Shown here one piece after another: positions 7,526 to 16,341 of a stretch of DNA of 64,000 nucleotides. Source of the stretch: a bacterium (lineage in GTDB: Bacteria; Patescibacteriota; CPR2; UBA1875; JAJYID01); assembly GCA_021787535.1 (NCBI GenBank), contig JAJYLR010000001.1, positions 211,648-275,647 of the forward strand. Direction: 5' to 3'. A program made the position numbers and the translations under genes. Numbering within the stretch: the stretch's first letter is position 1; every line of letters starts with the position of its first letter. The notes under the pieces are model-generated. The model was not told the DNA's origin, did not search any database, and saw nothing but the letters and a program-made list of their open reading frames with translations.

Positions 7526-9842
7526 TCTCAAAACTTAATACTTTATCTTTTGTTGCGGCGTAGACGGTATTGCCTGCTATACAAGCGCCTCTTAGATCAG
7601 AGAAATCACCGGCTGTGTATCTGCCTTTGTAGGAGCCGTCTTTGCCGATCACGACAATAGATTTGTCCGACTTTGATCCGGCTAGAATATATTTGGTGTC
7701 ACTATCGGTGTAGATGAAGTCGGCCGATGATAAGCTGATTGGAATATCCTTGACTGAAAAATCTTGTTTCTTGCCGGAGGTAAACTTGAGAATATCTCCG
7801 GTATGCGTTAAAACATAGATATCAGAGTCAATCTTAAGCGAAGCCGGGTCAGCCATATCTCCTGAATTTGACAAATACTGCGACCCTTTGCTATAGCCGC
7901 TTGATGTCCTTGTGTGCTTGTAAATCTGGTCTTTAGCCAATAAATAAAGATTTGTGCCGTATGAGTCGATTGCCAGGGCTTTTTCCCAGCCGTCTGAAGT
8001 AGATTTTTGGGTGATCGAATCGTCCGTAGTATCGAACTCATACACAGCCGGTTTGTCCGTTAAAATTTCTAATGTCTTAATCTTATCCAGGGTTGCCGCT
8101 CCTATCACATTGCCTTCCATCTTGCCGCTTGACAGTACTTGTGAAGATCTTTTGGACTTTGTTTCCACTTTTGAAATGGCGCCGTTTTTGGACACGGCGT
8201 ATAAAACATTGCCGATTTCATATACTCCTGCGACATCGGCTTGACTGCCTGACAGGTCAGCCAAAACAGCCGCATTGGCCTGGGTAGTTTGAGTAAGGGT
8301 ATTAAGCTGGTTTTCAATTGCTGCAAGCTTATCTTTGGCATCTTTGGCGTAAAACTTGCTGTTTACCAAACCTTGGGCGATTTTTTCGGCATCGGTCAAG
8401 TCAGATGCGGCCTTGGCTTTTTCGTTTTGGCCGATCAGTGAATTTGCTTCAGCTATCTTTGCGTCGATTTCCTGAAGCTGAGCCTTCTGGGCTTTTCTAG
8501 CTTTAGCATCGCCCTGTCCTGCCTTTGTTATAAAAATATAACCGGCAAAAATCACAAGTATAATAATGCCGATGGCCAAATATTGGTTTTTCTTTAGTTT
8601 AACTTTCGGCAGTTTTTTCTTGGTTTTCTTAAAGTTAGCTAGCTGAGTGGCGGAACCGTAGAGTGAACCAAGGTTGTTTAAAATAGTGCTTTTAGTTTTT
8701 TCAAATCTTGCTTTGTTCGGTGACTCATCGCTTTCCTTAATGCGAATTTCTGATTTATAAGCCGGGACTTCGACCTTTTCTTTTGCTTTTAACAACGCTT
8801 CTTTTTCTGCTATGCCATGAGTGGCTTCAAATTCTTCAAGCTTAGGCACTTCCTCTGTTTCAAATCCATCAATTTTTTCATCGGTATCAGCTAAGATATT
8901 GGAAATATCTTTTTTCTTGCTTGCGCGCCTATCATAGATCTCACCTGATTTACCCTTTAGAAAGGAGAAAATTTCCTTTGTTTTTGGCAGTAAAGTATTG
9001 TTATAGAACTCGAGAATGGTTAGAGCGGCCAGCTTCAAATATTTCAAAATTTTTGCAAGCACCGTGCCTGATTTTTCAGCTAAAATCTCTTTCTTTGTTG
9101 TACCTTGCAGCCATATCTCTTCCGGCTCCTCATCCAAAGTTTCATTTGCCAAAGCTTCAGGCGTCATAAACTCTAGGATGATGGCGGCATTTTGCCCATA
9201 AGATCCGCCGACGCCTTCGATTAAGCTCGCTAAGTGGTTTATAGCTACTTTAGGATGATATTTTATAACATATCTTGAAACCTCATCTATTGAACATGAG
9301 GTTAATATTCCTGAAGAGAGAATGGAAATCCTGTCGCCTTCAGTCAGTTCTCCGCTTGTGATATTGACAAAGGTTCGAAGCGGATTGACACTGTCGCCGG
9401 CTAAGTCGTCGGTAATATGAATCTCCTTGCCGCTTCGATATAGATAAGCATTGGCTTTGCCGGCTTGGGTTATATGAATGGTATCATCGGCAAACACGGC
9501 CAAGATGGCATTCAGCTTGCCCATCCAGAAAGTATTGCCATTTCCCGTAAACTCGCCAAGTTCCTCATTAATCTTTGCCAGGGCATTTTCAAAGCTTTCA
9601 AGCGGGTCTTTATCCGGGTCTTGATAATATTCTCCGTGGAATGTATCGATAATGAGTTCAATTAAATCTTCGGAATGTTTGGGACTGCCGTTAACATCAA
9701 TCACAGCAAAAAGAATGCCATGCCTTCGTTCATCCGGGTCATCTGGATGATGTTCATAGGCAGTGCAAACATTGCTCGTTGATTTAAGTTTTTGCGACTC
9801 GCTAGCAAGCCGGGCCGTCCGAAGGGCTAGTTTTTTATTCAT
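7518..9842 (-). CDS. Membrane protein: PP2C-like N-terminal domain, single TM, C-terminal beta-propeller-like domain
   Basis: HITQAGKANAYLYR...GEL.EGD.I.I.S.G PP2C-like fold motif; hydrophobic YLAIGIIILVIFAGYIFI; repeated beta-blade-like segments. Confidence 0.6.
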   Translation of the reverse strand: MNKKLALRTARLASESQKLKSTSNVCTAYEHHPDDPDERRHGILFAVIDVNGSPKHSEDLIELIIDTFHGEYYQDPDKDPLESFENALAKINEELGEFTGNGNTFWMGKLNAILAVFADDTIHITQAGKANAYLYRSGKEIHITDDLAGDSVNPLRTFVNITSGELTEGDRISILSSGILTSCSIDEVSRYVIKYHPKVAINHLASLIEGVGGSYGQNAAIILEFMTPEALANETLDEEPEEIWLQGTTKKEILAEKSGTVLAKILKYLKLAALTILEFYNNTLLPKTKEIFSFLKGKSGEIYDRRASKKKDISNILADTDEKIDGFETEEVPKLEEFEATHGIAEKEALLKAKEKVEVPAYKSEIRIKESDESPNKARFEKTKSTILNNLGSLYGSATQLANFKKTKKKLPKVKLKKNQYLAIGIIILVIFAGYIFITKAGQGDAKARKAQKAQLQEIDAKIAEANSLIGQNEKAKAASDLTDAEKIAQGLVNSKFYAKDAKDKLAAIENQLNTLTQTTQANAAVLADLSGSQADVAGVYEIGNVLYAVSKNGAISKVETKSKRSSQVLSSGKMEGNVIGAATLDKIKTLEILTDKPAVYEFDTTDDSITQKSTSDGWEKALAIDSYGTNLYLLAKDQIYKHTRTSSGYSKGSQYLSNSGDMADPASLKIDSDIYVLTHTGDILKFTSGKKQDFSVKDIPISLSSADFIYTDSDTKYILAGSKSDKSIVVIGKDGSYKGRYTAGDFSDLRGACIAGNTVYAATKDKVLSFEIK

Positions 9843-10008
9843 TCCAAAAGCTTTTTATATGGCAAAGTGTAGCATGGTTTTGGGAGTTGTGCAATAAAGA
9901 CATGGCAGGTATTTGTCTACTGGAATAGGTGGTTTTCCGTGATAAAATGATAGAGAAGTTAAAAAGTCGGGAAGTTTTTAAGTTGCTAAGGAAAGAGATT
10001 TTTAATTT

Positions 10009-13000
10009 ATGGAAGATTTGCTGAAGGGTTTGAATAAAGAGCAGAAGGAAGCCGTTACTCACGACAAGGGACCTCTCTTAATCGTGGCCGGAGCCGGGAC
10101 AGGGAAAACGACTGTTATCACTCGGCGGATCGCCTGGTTAATCGCGCAAAAGCTGGCGTTACCTTCTGAGATTCTAGCCCTCACTTTTACCGATAAAGCA
10201 GCCGGTGAGATGGAGGAGCGGGTCGACGAACTTGTGCCTTACGGATTCGTCGACACCTGGATATCCACTTTTCACGCTTTCGGCGATCGTATTTTGCGCG
10301 ATCATGCTCTTGATCTCGGACTGACGACCGATTTTCGGGTTTTGTCCAAGCCGGAGCAAGTGATTTTCATGCAAGACAATTTGGAAGCCTTTGATCTAAA
10401 ATATTTCTCGCCGCTTGGCAATCCGACCAAGCACATCGATGCGCTTCTCGGCCACTTCTCAAAGCTGAAAGATGAAATAATTTCACCGGCCGAGTATTTA
10501 GGGTTTGCCGATAAGAAATTAAAGTCGGCTCAGGATTCTGACGAAAAACTCGAAGCGGAGAAGACGTTAGAAATTGCCAGAGCTTACGAAAGGTATCAGG
10601 AGCTGATGGCGGAAGCCGGCAATCTCGACTTCGGCGACCAGATAAATATACTCATTCATTTATTGAAAACCCAGCCGGCGATCTTGAAAAAATACCAGAA
10701 GCAGTGCAAATACATCTTGGTCGATGAATTTCAGGACACAAACTACGCCCAGAACGAACTACTGAAGTTATTAGCCGGGGGAAAGGATTCTGGTCAAGCC
10801 AAAATGACCCACGCACCGCTTCAGGGTGCGGGGCAGGCACAGGGTGGCCACGGAAATATCACAGTGGTTGGTGATGATGACCAGTCGATTTACCGTTTCC
10901 GCGGCGCCGCCATTTCAAACATTTTGCAGTTCCCGAAAGATTACCCGAGATGCAAGCAAATAGTTCTAACGGAAAACTACCGTTCGACACAGGCGATTTT
11001 GGACAGCGCCTATAAATTAATAAAACACAACAATCCTGATCGTCTGGAAGTGAAGAATAATATTGTGAAGAAGCTGACTTCCAGGTTTGACGCCGACTCG
11101 GTTGAACCGATCCATTTGCATTCAGACACCCTGACTGCTGAGACGGACCGGGTGGCGAAAATGATCAAAGAATATTTCGACGAAGGCAGATATTCGTTCA
11201 AGGACTTCGCTATTCTCTCGCGGTCGCGCCGAAACGCGGAAGATTTCATTCACGCTCTAAACCATTACGGCATTCCTTATAAATTCTCAGGTTCTTCCGG
11301 CTTATATTCTAGAGCCGAAATCCGCTTGTTAATAAATTTCGCCAAGGTTTTAATTTCATCCGGTGACAATCTGGCCTTCTATCATTTAATTACATCAGAT
11401 GTTTATGGAATGAATGTGTCGGAGGCGGTGAAACTAAATGAAATCTCACAGAAAAACAAACGAAGTCTGAATGATGTGGCGAACGCAATTAACTTTTCAA
11501 AATCAAAATCTGACTGGATTCCCGCCTCCGCGGGAATGACAGACGAGGCAAGGGCAATTTTAGATAGGGCATTGAAGGATTTGAAAAATTTCCGCGAAGA
11601 ATCAAAGAAGCTGACCGCCGGACAGGTGATTTACATGTTTTTGAAAGAAACGGGGTATTTGTCAAAACTAGTGACGGAGTCCGAGAAGAGCGCGGAGGCG
11701 CAAGTGGCCATCCAGAATATCGCCAAGTTTTTTGAAAGAATCGGTGATTTTGAAAAAGTCTCGGAGGATAAAAGTATTGTGAACTTCGTCCGTCACTTGA
11801 AAGCTCTGATGGATGCCGGTGATGATCCGGCAATGGCCGAGGTCGATCCGGATCTTGAGGCGGTCAGTGTGCTTACGGTTCACTCGGCTAAAGGATTAGA
11901 GTTTCCGGTAGTGTTTGTGGTCTCGCTTGTCTCGGACAGCTTCCCGACTCGCAAACGCGCCGAACAGTTGCCGATTCCGGAGGAATTAATTAAAGAGTCT
12001 TTACCGGAGGGCGACTGGCACCTGCAAGAAGAGCGGCGGCTCTTCTACGTCGGCATGACCAGAGCCAAAGAAATTCTGTACCTAACGAGCGCCGAGGATT
12101 ATGGCGGAAAGAGGGCGCGCAAGGTTTCCCAGTTCGTTCTGGAGGCGATTGATAAGCCGGCTTCGGCGAAAGAAAAGGTGAAGCTTGATAAAGTTGAGGT
12201 GATCAAGAGGTTCAAAAAGCGCGATGAGATTGTAATTCCCAAGAAATTCTACGATGGCAAGGGACTCTTAACCCTAAATCCGCATCAGATAGATGACTAT
12301 CTGTCATGTCCGAAGAAGTTTGAATATATCCATATTCTGCGTGTGCCGATCATGACCCACCACTCGGTGGTCTATGGTTCGGCAATACATAAGGCGATTG
12401 AAGCGTATTTTGTAGCGAAAAAAGCCGGCAAAAAGGTCAGTTTGGATGATTTAATAGAAGTCTTTAGCGCAAATTGGCGAAGCGAGGGATTTATTACCCG
12501 CGAACACGAGGACAAAAGGTTTAATCAGGGGAAGAAATCGCTTGGTGAATTTTTCGCCAGAGAAGAAGGCAAGAAGCCGCCGGAGGAAGTGGAAGCGAAG
12601 TTTGAAATACCGCTAAAGGATCTCAATGTGAAAATTCGCGGCCGATTTGATGCAGTATATGTCAAATGTAAAACGGAAAATGTTAAATGTGAACAAACCG
12701 AAATCCGCGACTTTAAAACTTCAGAGGTTGAGAATCAAGAGCAAGCAGACAAAAAAGCCAAGACGAATAGGCAATTATCAGTTTACGCGCTGGCCAAGCA
12801 AACCGAAACAGGTATCATCCCGGAAGTGTCGCTTTATTTCGTCGATTCGGGGTTGGTTGGGAAGGTTCAAAAGAAAGAAAAAGATCTAGACAAGGTTCGC
12901 GGGGAAATTGAGAAAGTAGTCGAAGGGATTAAAAAGGAAAACTTCAAAGCTTCTCCCGGATTTGGTGAGTGTTCGCGCTGCGCCTACCGAGAGATTTGTC

Positions 13001-13020
13001 CGTTTACACTATCGAAATGA
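10009..13020 (+). CDS. UvrD/PcrA-family helicase fused to C-terminal PD-(D/E)xK nuclease with 4-Cys motif
   Basis: AGAGTGKT, DEFQD, VGDDDQSIYRFRGA, TVHSAKGLEF, EERRLFYVGMTRA; CPKKF...GRFD...DFKT...CSRCAYREIC. Confidence 0.93.
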   Translation: MEDLLKGLNKEQKEAVTHDKGPLLIVAGAGTGKTTVITRRIAWLIAQKLALPSEILALTFTDKAAGEMEERVDELVPYGFVDTWISTFHAFGDRILRDHALDLGLTTDFRVLSKPEQVIFMQDNLEAFDLKYFSPLGNPTKHIDALLGHFSKLKDEIISPAEYLGFADKKLKSAQDSDEKLEAEKTLEIARAYERYQELMAEAGNLDFGDQINILIHLLKTQPAILKKYQKQCKYILVDEFQDTNYAQNELLKLLAGGKDSGQAKMTHAPLQGAGQAQGGHGNITVVGDDDQSIYRFRGAAISNILQFPKDYPRCKQIVLTENYRSTQAILDSAYKLIKHNNPDRLEVKNNIVKKLTSRFDADSVEPIHLHSDTLTAETDRVAKMIKEYFDEGRYSFKDFAILSRSRRNAEDFIHALNHYGIPYKFSGSSGLYSRAEIRLLINFAKVLISSGDNLAFYHLITSDVYGMNVSEAVKLNEISQKNKRSLNDVANAINFSKSKSDWIPASAGMTDEARAILDRALKDLKNFREESKKLTAGQVIYMFLKETGYLSKLVTESEKSAEAQVAIQNIAKFFERIGDFEKVSEDKSIVNFVRHLKALMDAGDDPAMAEVDPDLEAVSVLTVHSAKGLEFPVVFVVSLVSDSFPTRKRAEQLPIPEELIKESLPEGDWHLQEERRLFYVGMTRAKEILYLTSAEDYGGKRARKVSQFVLEAIDKPASAKEKVKLDKVEVIKRFKKRDEIVIPKKFYDGKGLLTLNPHQIDDYLSCPKKFEYIHILRVPIMTHHSVVYGSAIHKAIEAYFVAKKAGKKVSLDDLIEVFSANWRSEGFITREHEDKRFNQGKKSLGEFFAREEGKKPPEEVEAKFEIPLKDLNVKIRGRFDAVYVKCKTENVKCEQTEIRDFKTSEVENQEQADKKAKTNRQLSVYALAKQTETGIIPEVSLYFVDSGLVGKVQKKEKDLDKVRGEIEKVVEGIKKENFKASPGFGECSRCAYREICPFTLSK
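10785..10838. repeat. Palindromic half-element plus CCACGCAC...GTGCGGGG hairpin inside the helicase gene
   Basis: ggattctggtcaagccaaaatgac-ccacgcaccgcttcagggtgcggggcaggc; same composite intergenic at 32401-32441. Confidence 0.75.
11514..11541. repeat. Palindromic half-element inside the helicase gene
   Basis: ctggattcccgcctccgcgggaatgaca read as WIPASAGMT. Confidence 0.85.
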
Positions 13021-13042
13021 TTTTAGTATTTATGAAATAAGT

Positions 13043-13792
13043 ATGTCTAATCAAAGAATAATCCAAAACTGCAGAATTTTACTTTCTGCTTATGAAGATG
13101 GTAAGTTGGGGCAAACGGTAATGCCTGAAGATTCCAATCCTGGTTTTTCTAAAGCTCAAACCGAACAAAAATTAAGTTATTTTAGTTTGCCAATGAGTTT
13201 GAACTACCAAAGAAACAGTTATGAACTTTGGAAGTCGGCACTTAAAACTTATCAAGACAATTCAACAAAGGACGTCTTTGATGTAAAGACTGCTTCAAAA
13301 ATACCAAAGAACGATCTCAGAAAGAAGCTCACAAAGCATAAACTTGCTTTGCAGCCTAACAAGCACATAAACACTTGGCAGAAAATCTCAAAAACGGTTT
13401 ATGAGAATTGGGGTTCATTTGGTAGCCTACTGAATGATTGTGACAATGACTTTCTGAAACTCAGACAGGTTATTCAAAAAGATTATAAAAAAGGATTTCC
13501 TTATCTTTCAGGACCAAAGATTTTTAATTACTGGTCTTTTATACTTATGAGGTATTGTGATGTACCGCTTAGAAATGCGGAGTTTATAGAGATAGCTCCC
13601 GATACTCATATTACGAAGTGCTCGGTTATCCTAGATGTAATTACCGAGGAAGAGGCTGAGAGGCTGAACAAAGAAGAAATTTCTACAAGATGGAGAGAAA
13701 TGCTTACAGGTACAGGAATTAATCCAATAGATATGCATCCACCGCTTTGGTTTTGGAGTAGGAATGGGTTTATTCTTGAGTTAGATAATTGA
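13043..13792 (+). CDS. Hypothetical protein, possible HhH-type DNA glycosylase/lyase fold
   Basis: GFPYLSGPKI hairpin-like motif followed by IAPDTH; AT-rich; ATG 13043 preferred over the overlapping 12962 start. Confidence 0.5.
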   Translation: MSNQRIIQNCRILLSAYEDGKLGQTVMPEDSNPGFSKAQTEQKLSYFSLPMSLNYQRNSYELWKSALKTYQDNSTKDVFDVKTASKIPKNDLRKKLTKHKLALQPNKHINTWQKISKTVYENWGSFGSLLNDCDNDFLKLRQVIQKDYKKGFPYLSGPKIFNYWSFILMRYCDVPLRNAEFIEIAPDTHITKCSVILDVITEEEAERLNKEEISTRWREMLTGTGINPIDMHPPLWFWSRNGFILELDN

Positions 13793-13871
13793 GACATAGA
13801 ATCTTTGTGACACCTTGATTTGTGGTATAATTTAAGTAGTACATTCCATTTCTAGTCCTTGGGAGGACGCT

Positions 13872-14915
13872 ATGTATTACTCAAGTCTGGCGCCCTCTGA
13901 TATTTTGAGGGCTATTTTTTCATCTGTCAGGAACCGGGCATTTTCAAGGAAGCAAACTGCCGGCCAGAAGATTATGCTGGCAGTAGCGACCTTGGCTGTG
14001 TTTTGCCTCGTTCTGGCATTATCCGGACCGGCGGAAGCTGCTATCTTAGCGCTTGCGGTGTTTCTGGTGATGCGCTGGATTCATCTCGGAGTCTTTGACC
14101 TTGCCGGCGGAGTCGTATTTGCATTCGCGATTTTATATAGCTTAGTGCTGGCACTGGCCGGCAAAAGCTATGATCTGGCGTACAAGACAGTGCTTGGCAG
14201 GGTCCGGTGTGTAGACTTTCCCCCAAGGTTTCCCTATAACGCTCAGACATTTACGAATAGTCTGACCGGCAGTGAGATCAACTCGCGGGATGGTTTATGC
14301 GGCCCGAAGATGCCGACAAAACAGATCTTGAGCCCGAACTTGCTGACGGTGGCAAGGGCTATGGGAGCTGTTTTGCTTGTGGTATTCCATGGCATTAGCG
14401 CCGTAATCTTCCTTCCGGTCGCACTTGTTCTGGCATTGACCGACCTTTTTGATGGGGTTATAGCCAGGACTCAGGGGCGGATAACGGACTTTGGCAAACA
14501 TGCTGATCCGATCGCGGACAGGATGCTGCTTTTTGCCATCGCTACCTGGCTTTACTCTAGGAATCCGGAGTTCTGGGGTTTGGCTGCGGCAAGAATTATA
14601 ATGCCGGAAATGCCGGTTCTTCTGATTTTCGGAATTGCCTATATGGTGACAAGGAAATCGGTAGTGCCGAGAGCAGTTTTCTGGGGGAGGTTGAAGTTCG
14701 TGCTGTATCTGGTATCAGCCGGCAGCCTTTTTCTTGGAAACGTAAATCTGGCCTGGGTTTGCCTGAATGCGGGATGCATCTTTGCCTGGGTAGCGACAGC
14801 CAGCTACATCACCCGGTTTTACCAAGAGAGCCGAGGCAAGAGCATCTTTAACGGGATTCTTGAATGGCTGGTCCAATACTCCCCGCGAATTCAAGAAGAA
14901 CTGTACCTATCATAG
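13872..14915 (+). CDS. CDP-alcohol phosphatidyltransferase with N-terminal membrane extension
   Basis: PNLLT...DLFDGVIAR...TDFGKHADPIADR signature; GGAGG SD. Confidence 0.85.
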   Translation: MYYSSLAPSDILRAIFSSVRNRAFSRKQTAGQKIMLAVATLAVFCLVLALSGPAEAAILALAVFLVMRWIHLGVFDLAGGVVFAFAILYSLVLALAGKSYDLAYKTVLGRVRCVDFPPRFPYNAQTFTNSLTGSEINSRDGLCGPKMPTKQILSPNLLTVARAMGAVLLVVFHGISAVIFLPVALVLALTDLFDGVIARTQGRITDFGKHADPIADRMLLFAIATWLYSRNPEFWGLAAARIIMPEMPVLLIFGIAYMVTRKSVVPRAVFWGRLKFVLYLVSAGSLFLGNVNLAWVCLNAGCIFAWVATASYITRFYQESRGKSIFNGILEWLVQYSPRIQEELYLS

Positions 14916-14945
14916 GGCGCTCTAACGAGCGCTCTATTCTTTTGT
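14912..14945 (+). terminator. Intrinsic terminator
   Basis: atagggcgctc-taac-gagcgctctat followed by T-rich tract. Confidence 0.7.
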
Positions 14946-15026
14946 AAATATAAAATATGATAAATCAGAGGTTTTTTTATGGTATAATTCAGTGAACTAT
15001 CAACTCTTTTCTAGGAGGGATGAGTT

Positions 15027-15416
15027 ATGGCGATCCTTTTACGGGAGTTCCTCCCAGAAATGAATGATCTGGTGAGCGTTGATCATGTGAGAAAACCGCA
15101 CTTTGCGGTCTGCCGCATAAACCATTTTGTACAGGGAAGTTCCAGGTTTTATGTTGGCAGAGACGGAGGAGAAAATCTGGAAGTCGAGATTGACTTTCAG
15201 GCGTGGGCCGACTATTTCATGGCCTCGGCGATCTTAGGGTCCAAGCCCATATCTTTCGCTTTTCCTAAGCCCGAACCGGTTTTCGAGATTGAGCTTTTCA
15301 CAGAGGAAAACAGGTTTAATGAAGCAGAAACCATGGCAATTCAATCCTTTCTACACAAAAAGCTCGAGAGTTTTGGCCGTCCGGTTTATCTGATACCTTT
15401 GACTAAATCTTCTTAA
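15027..15416 (+). CDS. Hypothetical protein
   Basis: TGGTATAAT promoter, AGGAGG SD, own terminator. Confidence 0.65.
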   Translation: MAILLREFLPEMNDLVSVDHVRKPHFAVCRINHFVQGSSRFYVGRDGGENLEVEIDFQAWADYFMASAILGSKPISFAFPKPEPVFEIELFTEENRFNEAETMAIQSFLHKKLESFGRPVYLIPLTKSS

Positions 15417-15425
15417 CCGGTCTCT

Positions 15426-15458
15426 ATAGGGGCAGTGAAAGCGCTGCCCCTATTTTTA
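15426..15458 (+). terminator. Intrinsic terminator
   Basis: ataggggcagtg-aaag-cgctgcccctat plus T-tract. Confidence 0.8.
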
Positions 15459-15542
15459 TGGAACAAAAACTTTGACCGCAAGCTTGTTATATATTAAAAT
15501 GTTTTAGCACTGTCGGCCGCTACTATAACAGGAGGTGGATGA

Positions 15543-15875
15543 GTGAGTACACAAGTTTATCCTTTGAAAATTACCGGATTTATAAGAATTGCAGGCAAAT
15601 CTTTCACTTATTCAGCGAGAGCTGAGGGGTATGTCTGTGAAGGTATTCCATCACCTGCAGTGTTTGTTGTGGTAGAAGTAAATGACACGGCCTTTCTGAA
15701 AGTCTCAAATCATCGGAAAATCTTAGACAATCTGGTGGAGAAAGTCGAGTTTAAGGCAAAACAACTGTTTTACCAAGCAGTGAAGAAAGGTCATGACACT
15801 GATTTTATACCTATCATTCCTTATAGGACGCCGGTTATTCAGAATAGTTCTTTTGTTAGGAGGATTGATGAATGA
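15543..15875 (+). CDS. Hypothetical protein
   Basis: AGGAGGT SD, GTG start, TTGACC...TAAAAT promoter upstream. Confidence 0.6.
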   Translation: MSTQVYPLKITGFIRIAGKSFTYSARAEGYVCEGIPSPAVFVVVEVNDTAFLKVSNHRKILDNLVEKVEFKAKQLFYQAVKKGHDTDFIPIIPYRTPVIQNSSFVRRIDE

Positions 15876-16248
15876 GAGAACATTGAGGCCAGTGATTGAA
15901 CGTCTCGCTGTTGGCGGAAAAAAAGACTTGGCTCCTTATAAGGAAGGGTCTGTTAGATCTTTCAGTGTGAAGGTCAGGGGTTCTGCTCGTTTAATAGGAA
16001 ATGATGGTGGGGTACCGGAAATCATTTCTTTTGCCGGATCATATCGCGGCAGCCAAAGCGACAGACAAGGCAGAACCGTGATTGACTCTCAGTTGAAACC
16101 TCCTATCCAAGGTATTTACTTGGGATTTCAAGGTTCCAGCTGCCTGACGAGCGACGATCTGGACACTGTTTGTAACGATTTGATGGCAGAAATTCAGGAA
16201 GTCGCTGAAGAAGAGTTAATGATGAGCCAGCAAGTTTCTGATGTTTGA
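15868..16248 (+). CDS. Hypothetical protein
   Basis: AGGAGG SD before ATG 15868, overlapping previous stop. Confidence 0.6.
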   Translation: MNERTLRPVIERLAVGGKKDLAPYKEGSVRSFSVKVRGSARLIGNDGGVPEIISFAGSYRGSQSDRQGRTVIDSQLKPPIQGIYLGFQGSSCLTSDDLDTVCNDLMAEIQEVAEEELMMSQQVSDV

Positions 16249-16284
16249 CCTAACTTGTTAATCTAATGCCATTGATAGTGATAA

Positions 16285-16316
16285 GGCGGCGCGTAAGCGC
16301 CGCCATCTTCTTTTTA
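16285..16316 (+). terminator. Intrinsic terminator
   Basis: ggcggcgc-gtaa-gcgccgcc plus T-rich tail. Confidence 0.7.
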
Positions 16317-16341
16317 TTGCCTAAAGACGCAACCAGCTTGT

